A stretch of 64,000 nucleotides of DNA from Deltaproteobacteria bacterium. Lineage in GTDB: Bacteria > UBA10199 > SPLOWO2-01-44-7. The translations under genes and the position numbers were made by a program. Below the pieces are notes generated by a model. It did not search any database and was not told where the DNA came from. It was given only the letters and a program-made list of their open reading frames with translations. How positions within the stretch are numbered: the first letter of the stretch is position 1; each line of letters starts with the position of its first letter. Of this stretch, positions 11,844-21,295 are shown piece by piece. Location: contig JAHFSU010000004.1 in NCBI GenBank assembly GCA_023265595.1, positions 1,667 through 65,666 on the forward strand. Direction: 5' to 3'.

Positions 11844-13615
11844 TCAAGTTCGCTTAAACCATTTTTCGATTTCGCTCAGCGAGAGTTCAACGCTTGTTGG
11901 GCGGCCATGAGGGCAATGGGTGGCGTGGTATTCATCCATCTCGATCAACAGATGGCGCATTTCTTCGAAGGACAATTTATCCTGAGCCCGCACCATCGTA
12001 TGACAAGAGATCGTTTTCAAAACGTGATCGATCGCATTGCCGACCGTTTGTGCCGTCCCTATCTCCTCTAATTCCTCGGCTATTTTTTCCAGCAGTTCCT
12101 TGGTTTTGGCTTCGCGAATCAAGGCCGGCACCGCTTTGATGACAAAAGTGTTTTGACCAAATGGTTCGATTTCGATTCCCGTTTTTTGTAAATCTTCCAG
12201 ATGACTATTCATGAGGGCGGTCTGTTTGGTTGTGGCCTCCCATGTGATCGGAACCAAAAGTCTCTGTGCCACATTTTTATTTCCCAAATTTTTCTTCAAT
12301 TTCTCAAAGCCAATTCTTTCGTGCGCCGCATGTTGATCGATCAGGATCAGTTTGCCACCAGACGCCTCGCACAAAATATAGGTATCATTAAAAGAGCCGA
12401 TGACTTTGAGCTCTTTGAAAAAAAACACTGGAAAATTTTCCGGATCGCGCAAGCGAGCCGGTTGAGAAAAGCGTCCCGGAGCCACGCCATACATTGTGGG
12501 GGCTACGAAAACTGGCGGGGCGAGGGTCGAACCCCCAATTTGGGGGTGAAATCCCCAAATTGAGGGGTGTCTTTTCGAAACCGGCTCGCTTGCGCGATCC
12601 GGAAAATTTTCAGTTTTTTTCTGCAACGCTTTTTTTATCGCCTTGGAAACAAACTCATGAATGCCCTGCGGTTTGACAAAACGGACTTCGCGCTTGGCCG
12701 GATGGACATTCACATCGACCTCTTTGGGATCGATCTCCAGATACAAAACGGCTTTGGGGTAGCGCCCCTTCATCAAAAAATCGCCGAAGCCGGCAATTAA
12801 GGCATGTTGCAACATCCGGTCGCGCAAAAAACGACCATTGAGATAAAAGTGGATATCGTTGGCCGTCGATGCCGTCTGGTTGGGAGAGACAAGCCATCCT
12901 TTTAGTGTCAACTCCGGATGCCTCTCTTCGACCGCAATCCCATTGGCAACAAAATCATCGCCTAAACAAGATTGCAGTCGCTGCAAAGGATCTTTCCCCA
13001 CAGGAGATGAAATTTTCGAAACACCATCAACAGAATAATCAAACGCACAATCAAAGTTGGATAAAGCCAAACGGATAAAAATGTCTTCAATGTGGCCCAG
13101 CTCCACTCCGTCTGATTTCAAAAATTTAAGACGGGCCGGCGTGTTGTAAAAAAGTTCCTGCACCAAAACACGTGTCCCTTTGGGAGAGGCGGCCGGACTC
13201 GCCTCAACAACCTTTCCTCCATGCACCTGAACAGCGGCCCCTTCCAGAGTGGCCTCTTGGGCCTTTGTCCAAATCTTCATTTTGGAAACGGCCGCAATGG
13301 AGGGGAGCGCTTCGCCGCGAAACCCGAGTGTCCGAATATTGAAAAGATCCCCCTCACCGGCAAGTTTGCTGGTGGCGTGGCGTTGAATGGCCAACTGAGC
13401 CTCTTCCAAACTCATGCCACAGCCGTTGTCGGAAATTTCAATCTGGTCGCTTGGCCTCTTGGAAACGGCCGCTTGAATATGTGTCGCACCGGCATCGATG
13501 GCATTTTCCATCAGCTCTTTGACAACCGAGGCCGGGCGCTCGACCACCTCACCGGCCGCAATTTTATCTGCCAGTTGTTGCGGCAAAATTTTGATTGGAG
13601 GCATAAGGGATGGCA
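11844..13615 (-). CDS. mutL: DNA mismatch repair protein MutL, carrying an in-frame palindromic insertion in the linker
   Basis: N-terminus MPPIKILPQQLADKIAAGEVVERPASVVKELMENAIDAGA (GHKL ATPase). C-terminal dimerisation domain with FVIKAVPALI. The linker holds ...ENFPDRASEPV...FSQPARLRDPENFP... encoded by a 33-bp inverted repeat. Confidence 0.9.
12431..12611. mobile_element. MITE-like structured palindromic element inserted in-frame in mutL
   Basis: A perfect 33-bp inverted repeat, gaaaattttccggatcgcgcaagcgagccggtt (12431-12463) against 12579-12611, flanks a 115-bp hairpin-rich core. The reverse complement of the core aligns with 45261-45410 over the identical blocks tttcgaaaagac, tcgaccctcgcc and gctccgggacgcttttct. 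Confidence 0.7.
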
Positions 13616-13664
13616 TACAAGAAAACCATTTGATGTTGAAAGGAAAAAATTGCATAACCAAAGG

Positions 13665-16253
13665 ATGCAAGTCACCAATCCAACCCGTCTCGAATGGTTC
13701 TTAAGCATGTTGGGCAGGCTTTTTGGGATGCATTCCCTTGAAGAAAAGTTGCCTCTCCCCGACACCGAAATCCTGACAGACCTTTATGAAAGCCATATGT
13801 TTGATAAAGGGAATTTTTTGTATCGTCATGTTTTAAAGCGGGTGGTTCCTTATGTCCGTCTGGATGAGAGCAACCTCGAGGCGGTCAAAGCCAAAATGAC
13901 ATTGGGCCCTTTTGTTTATGTAACGGTCAATTTGGGACAGCTCGATTATGATGTATTCAATGCAATCGTTGCAAAACAAGGGTTACCCAAGGCGCACTTC
14001 AACAATTTGATTAACATTCGTCGTTGGCTCCCCTTCAACGAAATTCGCCGAAGTTATGCCAAAAGAATCCGTTTTTTAATGCAATTTGGCGATCTGCCTC
14101 ATCCCCTTCTTTCCGGTTACGTGAGGAATCTCCTTTTAGAACAAAAAAGTCTCCTCTTCTCTTTTGACACGGGGGATGTCGATACCCTTTCAACACCCAG
14201 CCGTAATTTTTTGGAAGCACTACTCCTTCAAAGCCAAAAAGAATCGCCAAAACCGATTTTTGTAATCCCCATCCAGCTGGTTTGGGACAAACGCCCCAAA
14301 CGGGAGCAGCCTTCTCTTTTTAAAGTGCTCTCGGGTGAAACAGAATATCCGGGCAAGTGGCGCAAACTGATTTTATTTTTTAAACATTTCCGAAAAAGAT
14401 CTCTTGTTCGTTTTGGGGCGCCGATCCCTTTGGATGATTTTTCGGCTTTCGATTTGTACCAGAAAATCATCAGCTCTTTGGAGATAGAAAAGCGAACGCT
14501 GACAGGGCCATTTATCAGACCGCGGGGCTGGTTTTTGGACAGAATGTTTGAAGACGAGGCACTCTCCCGCACACTCTACGAAGTGGCCAAAGAAAAAAAC
14601 AAACCGCTTCCCTCCGTTAAAAGATTGGCACGGCGCTATGGAAAAGAGATAGCGGCCGATGTCCGTTATTCTTACATCGAGTTTGGCGCTAAAATCATCC
14701 ACTGGATTTTCAAAACTTTTTACGAAGGGGTTTTGATCGATCCGGAGGGTTTGAAAAAACTAAAAAAAACGTTGAGTCTTGGCCCCACGGTTTTGGTCCC
14801 CAACCATCGCTCGCACATCGATTATCTTTTAATGGCGCACCTATGTTACACCAACGATATTGTTATTCCTTATGTGGCGGCCGGCATCAATCTCTCCTTC
14901 TTTCCTCTCGGATTTTATTTCAGGCATTGCGGCGCCTTTTTCATGCGACGAACTTTTGCCGGCAATCTTTTGTACAAAATAGTTTTTCAAACTTATCTGA
15001 AGGTGTTGCTTGAAGAGGGCTATCTGCAGGAATTTTTCATTGAAGGGGGACGCTCCCGCACCGGAAAATTGAAAAGCCCCAAATTGGGAATGTTAGCCAT
15101 GTATTCACAAGCCATGCACGAGGGAACCACCAAAGATATTCGGTTTGTGCCGGTGAGCATTACCTACGACCGCGTCTTGGAGCAAAAATCGTATCTGGAA
15201 GAGGTGGAGGGAAAGCCAAAGCCGAAAGAAAAAACGAGAGACCTTTTGAAACTGACAAAATATCTGAAGGGTCGCTATGGAAAAATCTATGTCCATTTTG
15301 ACGACCCCATCTCTTGGCAGGAAATTTCGGGAGAAATTGAAGAAGAAAATTGGGAAAAAAAGAAACCGAAAATTGTGGAGACGCTCGCCAGCCGGATTTG
15401 CCATTCCATCAACAAACAAGTGGTCGTTATCCCGCAAGCATTGGCGGCCTCTGCCCTGCTGAGAAGCCCCAAACGAGGGGTATCGCTGGATACAGCAGAA
15501 GTTTTTTTTAAAGAACTGCTCCACTATCTTCAATGGAAACAGGTAAAACTTTCCGACACGCTCCACAAAAACCCCGAAGGGGCTTATTTTGAAGCCGTCC
15601 ACCAGTTTGAAACATCGGGGCTCATCAAAAAACATTTGGGTTTGGAAGAAACTTTTTATGAAATCCCCATCGACAAAAGACTCGAACTCGATTTTTTTAA
15701 AAACAGTTCCATTCATTATTTTGTCTCGCTCTCTCTTTGGTGTCATCTTTTGCTTTCCGGAAAATCGGAAACTTTTTTTGTGAAAAATCTGGTCGAGGCA
15801 TTTTCCTTTTTTCAAAAAATTTTCCACTATGAATTTCGTTTTAGCACCCGCCGCGCTCTGGAGGAACATTTGGACAAGCTCTGCTGCTATCTGCAGGAGA
15901 GAAAGGCAGTCGAATATCATGCCGGGGAAATGCATCTGCTAAAGGAGGGGCGGCCGTTATTGCGCGATTTTGCGGCGTTGATTCAAAATTATATCGAGGC
16001 CTATTTTGTAGCTTGGAAAACTTATCTTTTGCGGCCGATCTATCCCGACGATACCAAAGGGCTCACCAAGGCGATGCTGACACACGGCAAACACCAGCTG
16101 ATGCTGGGAGAAATTCTGTATCCGGAGGCGGTTTCGCAGGCCACATTTGAAAATGCGATTCAGGCCTTTCAAACGTTGGGACTTTTCACATCGGATTCGG
16201 AAATGGCGAAAAATTTGGAAAAGGAATTATCCAATCTCTTGGATTTTTGCTAG
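13665..16253 (+). CDS. plsB: glycerol-3-phosphate acyltransferase (PlsB type)
   Basis: Acyltransferase HxxxxD block VLVPNHRSHIDYLLM, then FFMRRTF and FIEGGRSRTGKL, all PlsB hallmarks. Start set at ATG 13665 (AAAGGA upstream) because the longer ORF overlaps mutL. Confidence 0.8.
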   Translation: MQVTNPTRLEWFLSMLGRLFGMHSLEEKLPLPDTEILTDLYESHMFDKGNFLYRHVLKRVVPYVRLDESNLEAVKAKMTLGPFVYVTVNLGQLDYDVFNAIVAKQGLPKAHFNNLINIRRWLPFNEIRRSYAKRIRFLMQFGDLPHPLLSGYVRNLLLEQKSLLFSFDTGDVDTLSTPSRNFLEALLLQSQKESPKPIFVIPIQLVWDKRPKREQPSLFKVLSGETEYPGKWRKLILFFKHFRKRSLVRFGAPIPLDDFSAFDLYQKIISSLEIEKRTLTGPFIRPRGWFLDRMFEDEALSRTLYEVAKEKNKPLPSVKRLARRYGKEIAADVRYSYIEFGAKIIHWIFKTFYEGVLIDPEGLKKLKKTLSLGPTVLVPNHRSHIDYLLMAHLCYTNDIVIPYVAAGINLSFFPLGFYFRHCGAFFMRRTFAGNLLYKIVFQTYLKVLLEEGYLQEFFIEGGRSRTGKLKSPKLGMLAMYSQAMHEGTTKDIRFVPVSITYDRVLEQKSYLEEVEGKPKPKEKTRDLLKLTKYLKGRYGKIYVHFDDPISWQEISGEIEEENWEKKKPKIVETLASRICHSINKQVVVIPQALAASALLRSPKRGVSLDTAEVFFKELLHYLQWKQVKLSDTLHKNPEGAYFEAVHQFETSGLIKKHLGLEETFYEIPIDKRLELDFFKNSSIHYFVSLSLWCHLLLSGKSETFFVKNLVEAFSFFQKIFHYEFRFSTRRALEEHLDKLCCYLQERKAVEYHAGEMHLLKEGRPLLRDFAALIQNYIEAYFVAWKTYLLRPIYPDDTKGLTKAMLTHGKHQLMLGEILYPEAVSQATFENAIQAFQTLGLFTSDSEMAKNLEKELSNLLDFC

Positions 16254-17438
16254 CTCTTCAGAATAGGATTCATCTCTTTCCCGATTTCCCTGTTCGCCGG
16301 AATGATGGTCCCGGTTGTCTTGAGAGCTTTGGGGCTCGGCGCTGGCGAGGACCTTTTCTGTCTCAGAGGAAATAGTGCTACGCGCCAAAGGAACAATCGG
16401 CATGCGGGTTGTTTCCGGCGGCAGAAAGGCCGGGTGCAAAACGGATGTGAGGGGTTGTCCCAAATCGCCATATTCCAGACGCTCGGACATCAAAAATGGA
16501 CCCGGACTTGCCGCATTGTTTGAAAACGGGGAAACCGTTCGGGGGGTTGGATGTTCTGCAACCCCTTCCAGCAAACCGACGGCAAAAACCGGCGCCGCTA
16601 TTCTAGAAGAATAAGAAGGGAGATCTTCAAATCCCCTCTCCAAACGCTCTTGGCGTGATTGGGCGAAAGACAAAGAGGAATAAAGCGAACTCGCCGGCAA
16701 GGAATTGGAAAGTGTCGCATTGTTTTTCACCGGTGAAGAAAAATTTTCGGGAAATTGCCGGATGGCCAAAGGAATCCGATCTGAATTTTCAAGGGGCTGT
16801 GGTGAGATAGCTTCGGCAACGACCCATTCCGCGGGGAATGGAGAAGAAGAAAGGGAAATCGGCTCAACCACTTTTTCCGAAGGATCGCTATTTGAATATT
16901 TTCTTGGCATTTCCGACCGCAAACCAGAATCTGCATTGGCAAAATCGATCGCTGAAAGAATCAGAATGGGAACTACAGAAAAAATAGGAAAGCTCGGCGC
17001 TGAATAGACCACCGCACCCGTCATAACGGGTTGTGACAAAATATTCGCGGCAGGGTGTAGCGACATGGCTCTTCCATTGATAGCAGCGGTTATGGTTTCT
17101 GCATCAGGGCTAAAGCGTGTTGCCGCATTTTCGACACTTTTTCTTTTGTCCTCTTCTCGGACAACAATTTTTGGCTCTTCTTTTTTGAAAATAAATTTGT
17201 CGTCTTCATCGGGCTGAGTGGAATGATTCAACGGCTCGGCGGTACAGATGTTGTTTTCAAAATCGTAGTGAGAGGTTTGAATTTCTTCTTCTGTTAACTG
17301 GGATTCGGGTGGTGCTTCCTGTGGGGGCTCCGAGGTAAGTGATTCCGGCTCTTCGCAAACATTATCTTCGTAGTTATAATAGCGCTCTTCATCCAGCGGC
17401 GGGATTTGGGTGGTTAACTTTTTAGATTCTTCGACCAT
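16227..17438 (-). CDS. hypothetical acidic Ser/Pro-rich low-complexity protein
   Basis: 403 aa with E/P/S-rich segments (EEPESLTSEPPQEAPPESQLTEEE). One short hydrophobic stretch, no known motif. Confidence 0.45.
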   Translation of the reverse strand: MVEESKKLTTQIPPLDEERYYNYEDNVCEEPESLTSEPPQEAPPESQLTEEEIQTSHYDFENNICTAEPLNHSTQPDEDDKFIFKKEEPKIVVREEDKRKSVENAATRFSPDAETITAAINGRAMSLHPAANILSQPVMTGAVVYSAPSFPIFSVVPILILSAIDFANADSGLRSEMPRKYSNSDPSEKVVEPISLSSSPFPAEWVVAEAISPQPLENSDRIPLAIRQFPENFSSPVKNNATLSNSLPASSLYSSLSFAQSRQERLERGFEDLPSYSSRIAAPVFAVGLLEGVAEHPTPRTVSPFSNNAASPGPFLMSERLEYGDLGQPLTSVLHPAFLPPETTRMPIVPLARSTISSETEKVLASAEPQSSQDNRDHHSGEQGNRERDESYSEELAKIQEIG

Positions 17439-17548
17439 AGGCTTGCAGTCTCCTACCTATTATAGTTATCGTCAATTTGAATGATTTTGTTGCTTGCTTT
17501 TTTTTGCGCGAGCGGATACCAATCTAACTAGCTGATATTATTTAATAA

Positions 17549-18625
17549 ATGGTCTCAAAAAAGATCCAAATCGGGCTGATCGGCTTAGGCGACATGGGTT
17601 TGGGGCACATGGAGTGCCTCAAACTTTTTCCCCATGTGGCGGTGGTAGCCCTCTGCGATAGCGACAAAAAAAGGTTAAAAACGGCCTCGGGGCGCCTGAA
17701 AAAACCGGCAAAATTGTTTTCCTCCTATCAAAAACTGTTGGCCGAAAAGGATCTGGAGGCTGTTTTTGTATCGCTCCCCAATTTTTTGCATGCACCGGTC
17801 GGTTTGGCAGTTTTAAAATCGGGCAAGCATCTCTTTTTGGAAAAACCTTTAGCCCATACGGTTGCCGATGCCAAAAAACTGTTAGCCACGGCAAAAAAAT
17901 CGGATCTCATTTTTCAGGTGGGGCACGTTTATCGTCACTCCCCATTTTTTCAAACGATGGCCAATCGGGTAGCGGCCGATGCCATTGGCAAACCGGTTTT
18001 GATTTGGTGCCATGAATTTCGCCAGCCTTTTCCGCAGCGCGATTGGTTTTATGACCGTAAAAAAAGCGGCGGGACATTTATCGAAAAAAATTGCCATCAT
18101 TTTGATCTTTTCAATTGGTTTGCTAATGATCGCCCAAAACAGGTTTGCGCCTTTGCTGATTTAAGAGTGTTGAAATCGGGAACAAAGATTTCTTGCTCTT
18201 ACTGCCCCGACGGGCCTAAGGTTTTGAAGAAAAACAACACGATTGATAACGGCTGGGCGATGGTGGAATACCGGCACGGCGCAAAAGCAAACCTTGGGCT
18301 CTGCATGTTTGTGCGGCCTCCCAGAGAAATATGGCGCGGCTTAGAGTTGGGCATTATCGGCAGCAATGGTAAAATATTGATCGGCAATGTCGATTTTGGT
18401 GTGATGACCCTTTACGGCGGCTCAAAAAAAGAAGAACAAATGAAAATCAAAAACCCTCACGAAGGAAAATGGCACAGCGGCATGGTGGAAGAGCATGAGG
18501 CATTCTTGCATGCGATCCGCAAAGGAAAAAAGTCGTTGAAGAGCGTGCAAACGGCCTATGATGCCGTCGTTTTAGGTGCCGGCGCCGAACAATCGGCCAA
18601 AAAAGGAAAAATAATTTTGGTTTGA
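17549..18625 (+). CDS. Gfo/Idh/MocA family oxidoreductase
   Basis: N-terminal Rossmann fold IQIGLIGLGDMGLGH plus the conserved EKP motif (FLEKPLA). Confidence 0.85.
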   Translation: MVSKKIQIGLIGLGDMGLGHMECLKLFPHVAVVALCDSDKKRLKTASGRLKKPAKLFSSYQKLLAEKDLEAVFVSLPNFLHAPVGLAVLKSGKHLFLEKPLAHTVADAKKLLATAKKSDLIFQVGHVYRHSPFFQTMANRVAADAIGKPVLIWCHEFRQPFPQRDWFYDRKKSGGTFIEKNCHHFDLFNWFANDRPKQVCAFADLRVLKSGTKISCSYCPDGPKVLKKNNTIDNGWAMVEYRHGAKANLGLCMFVRPPREIWRGLELGIIGSNGKILIGNVDFGVMTLYGGSKKEEQMKIKNPHEGKWHSGMVEEHEAFLHAIRKGKKSLKSVQTAYDAVVLGAGAEQSAKKGKIILV

Positions 18626-18650
18626 ATTTTTATGAAATGGACTGACATTT

Positions 18651-18721
18651 TCGGGGGTCATCTAACGGTAGGATTGCAGACTCTGACTCTGCTCGTCGTG
18701 GTTCGAATCCACGCCCCCGAA
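18651..18721 (+). tRNA. tRNA-Gln (anticodon CTG)
   Basis: Manual cloverleaf: acceptor tcggggg/cccccga, D-arm atct-aacggta-ggat, anticodon stem gcaga/tctgc with loop cTCTGac, T-arm cgtgg-ttcgaat-ccacg, discriminator A. CCA is not encoded. Confidence 0.85.
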
Positions 18722-18734
18722 CACTTTTATTGCT

Positions 18735-18760
18735 CCACGAAGTATCCGGTTCCTCGTGAA
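18735..18760. repeat. REP-like family-1 copy just downstream of tRNA-Gln
   Basis: ccacgaagtatccggttcctcgtgaa. Confidence 0.6.
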
Positions 18761-20080
18761 TTATCGTATCTCTTCTTTTAATTTTTCCAATGTGTTGACG
18801 ATTTCTGCTCGCACGACGGGATCAGGATCCGTTTCCGACATTGCGTAAAGAATCGGAATGGCCGGTTCCGCATCGCGACCCATTTTTCGCAAAGTCCTGA
18901 CAAGGATTCGCCGCACTCTGGGGTTTTGGTCTGCAAGAGCCCCAACCAATGCGGAAACCACCGAAGGTCCCATTTTTGAAACGACATCCTCCCATGCATA
19001 ATGCAAAGTCGCTCTGTCACGAAATCCCGGCAGCAGTGCAAGAAAGGTCTCGATCATTTCATCTTCAGGAACCATACTCCTCAAAGCTTTTAAAAAATCT
19101 TCGCAGACATTCACAGGAACGCAGTCTAAGCATGAATGATCGGAAGGACATTGCCCCAGTTCATGGATCAAAGCAGGCTTGGCTTTTTCTCTAACAGCCG
19201 CTTCTGCGCCTCTGGTGCGCAAAATAACGGCTGCTTGTTGTTTCAGGTTTTCGTCTCCCTCTTGCAGAGCTTTGATGAAGAGAGGAAGCACGTCACCGGT
19301 TTGAAAATCCTTATTCGACAAAGCAGAAATGGCTTGATAACGAACGTCGGGATCTTTATCTGAAGCAGCCCTGATTAATGCCGGCAGGGCCGTTTTGGCC
19401 GGAAGGTTGTTTCTCCAAATGACATGACCTGCTGCGACACGTACACGCGGATTTTTATGTGCCAGTCCGTTTATCAATACTGGGATGACCTCCTCAGGTG
19501 CATCGCGCCCAATACCTCCCAAGGCATAAACGGAAAATTCGGCAACACCCGGCCTTTCATCATCGAGTAATGCGACAAGTCCCGGGATCGCCGGTTTACC
19601 CATCTTTCCCAAAGCGTCGGAAGGAACACCTCGCATGATAGAATCACCATAAACCGATGCATCGGTCTGATCTTTTAACAACTCAAACAATGCAGAAAGA
19701 ATTTGGGGCGTGGCAATCCCTATCTCTCCCAATTCCTCAACCATTTTTTCTCTTTCCTTCCACGAATAATTATGACGCAGCCAGCGCAGGTTGATTTGGC
19801 CTGCCAGCCATTCTGCGCGGCGGCGTAGAGCTGTTTTGCCATCGCTACCGGCAATGACATTGATAAAATCTTTTGAAAATCGGGCTCTATCCATAAGATC
19901 ACGTTCTTCCGGTGTAATGACACCGGCCTTGCCCGGTTGCAATACTTGGGTCAGCGTTTTACATGCCGTCTTGTTAAATCCTGCATCTCGGCATTCTTCG
20001 GAGGTGAGTCCCTTCGGATCTTCCGCATAGGCTTTAAGAATTGTCTCGGCCTTTACAATTTCTATTTTTGCATTAGCCAT
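18761..20080 (-). CDS. HEAT-repeat (PBS lyase-like) protein
   Basis: 439 aa with repeated ~30-aa helical units (..RVRAAHVIW.., ..DVRYQAISALS.., ..RVRRILVRTLRKMG..) typical of HEAT/PBS-lyase repeats. Confidence 0.65.
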   Translation of the reverse strand: MANAKIEIVKAETILKAYAEDPKGLTSEECRDAGFNKTACKTLTQVLQPGKAGVITPEERDLMDRARFSKDFINVIAGSDGKTALRRRAEWLAGQINLRWLRHNYSWKEREKMVEELGEIGIATPQILSALFELLKDQTDASVYGDSIMRGVPSDALGKMGKPAIPGLVALLDDERPGVAEFSVYALGGIGRDAPEEVIPVLINGLAHKNPRVRVAAGHVIWRNNLPAKTALPALIRAASDKDPDVRYQAISALSNKDFQTGDVLPLFIKALQEGDENLKQQAAVILRTRGAEAAVREKAKPALIHELGQCPSDHSCLDCVPVNVCEDFLKALRSMVPEDEMIETFLALLPGFRDRATLHYAWEDVVSKMGPSVVSALVGALADQNPRVRRILVRTLRKMGRDAEPAIPILYAMSETDPDPVVRAEIVNTLEKLKEEIR

Positions 20081-20261
20081 ATACCGTTATCGTCCCCCCT
20101 CCAAAAAAGTTGCTTTGTCTCAAGAATGCAACATGTTGTGTTGCGGCGCTACGAAATCAAAGAGTCGTAATAATAAAAACTAAATAAATTCAAAGCATTG
20201 CTCTTGTCAATCCTTGGCCTTCTTTTTGCAACATTGAGAAAGAAAAAAACAAGGAGGCAAT

Positions 20262-20486
20262 ATGGGAAACCGCATCACCGATGTAACCAGCGTGACAGAA
20301 AACTGCCGTTATGAATGGTACAAAACTCATGATGAGTTTGGCATTTTGGTGGACGATGTGCGAAAAAAGTGTGATCACTATTATCGTGCCGACTTCGCCG
20401 ATGGGAGCCAAAAAGAGGTTGCCCTTTGGGATTATTTAAAGTTTCACGTGAACAAATTATTTCACTCCTCTGAAAATACAAAATAG
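20262..20486 (+). CDS. small hypothetical protein (74 aa)
   Basis: AAGGAGG sits 6 nt upstream of the ATG. No recognisable motif. Confidence 0.5.
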   Translation: MGNRITDVTSVTENCRYEWYKTHDEFGILVDDVRKKCDHYYRADFADGSQKEVALWDYLKFHVNKLFHSSENTK

Positions 20487-20644
20487 ATCTTGTTTTTATC
20501 ATAAGGAAAAAGGGACGGGAGTGTGTCTTTCTTGCGGGGCCATCAAAAATTTCGATGACCGAGGCGGGCAGACGGCTTCTTGTGAAATACCAAGCAACTT
20601 TTTTGGAGGCCTGCCGATAAGTAAGATAGAAAGGAAAAAATGTT

Positions 20645-20914
20645 ATGAGTAGAAAACATGCAAGAGAGCCGGTTCGGCCGTATTGTCAGCCCTGCCCCAC
20701 CTGCCCTCGTACATATGAAAACGAGTGGCACGTAGCACTAGGGCAGACTCGTACTTTACAATCTGCACTCAATGCAAAACAGGCGGAGCTGAATCAAACA
20801 GCGGCACAACTGCAAGAGACCCAAGCGACGCTCAACGCCAGCCGCGACTGTTTCAAGGAGATCGATCCTCAGAAACAATTGCAGTGTCTGAAATTACAGT
20901 TGGTTTATAAATAA
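20645..20914 (+). CDS. small Cys-rich coiled-coil protein (89 aa)
   Basis: N-terminal CQPCPTCP, then a Q/A-rich predicted coiled coil. AAAGGAAAAAA lies upstream of the ATG. Confidence 0.5.
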   Translation: MSRKHAREPVRPYCQPCPTCPRTYENEWHVALGQTRTLQSALNAKQAELNQTAAQLQETQATLNASRDCFKEIDPQKQLQCLKLQLVYK

Positions 20915-20915
20915 C

Positions 20916-20946
20916 AAAGCCTGTGGTGTTTAAGACCACAGGCTTT
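20916..20946. terminator. probable bidirectional intrinsic terminator hairpin
   Basis: aaagcctgtggt-gttta-agaccacaggcttt sits between two convergent gene ends, 20914 on the plus strand and 20968 on the minus strand. Confidence 0.5.
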
Positions 20947-20967
20947 GCCAAGACAACAGGGAGATAA

Positions 20968-21183
20968 TTATTTCTTTTTCTTTTTCTTGCCGCCAGACTT
21001 GGCCACTTTTTGAGTAGCGGCCTGCTGTGTGTCTTGTTTTGCAGCCGTATCCGTATTACCACTCGGAGCGGTAACAGCGGTGGCCGGCTGGGCAGGCGAT
21101 GTCGCCTTTTTGGAATCCGCTAAGGCCCCAACGCTTGCCAAGGCGAAAGCGGCTACGACCAACATTGTGAGTGAACGTTTCAT
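20968..21183 (-). CDS. small secreted protein with C-terminal hexa-lysine tail
   Basis: GGAGG RBS. Signal peptide MKRSLTMLVVAAFALASVGALA, a low-complexity A/T/Q body, and the end ...GGKKKKKK. Confidence 0.55.
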   Translation of the reverse strand: MKRSLTMLVVAAFALASVGALADSKKATSPAQPATAVTAPSGNTDTAAKQDTQQAATQKVAKSGGKKKKKK

Positions 21184-21295
21184 AAGTTCACCTCCTTTTA
21201 ACTGGCCTTCTATCCATGGAAGATGAACTCATCATGAGTCGAAAATTATTTTTTTTTAATTTTCATACGGCCTATTTAGAGTATAGAGAGGCCTT

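Noticed and set aside
12494-12676. 60-aa plus-strand ORF inside mutL
   Set aside because: It lies antisense to a well-supported mutL CDS and is generated by the palindromic insertion, which reads similarly on both strands.
13221-13664. Long N-terminal extension of the PlsB-type acyltransferase ORF (a 1010-aa model) and the 7954-8148 extension of the hypothetical gene
   Set aside because: Both extensions are antisense to confident genes (mutL, eno) and lack RBSs. Internal ATGs with RBSs (13665 and 8149) give products of expected length.
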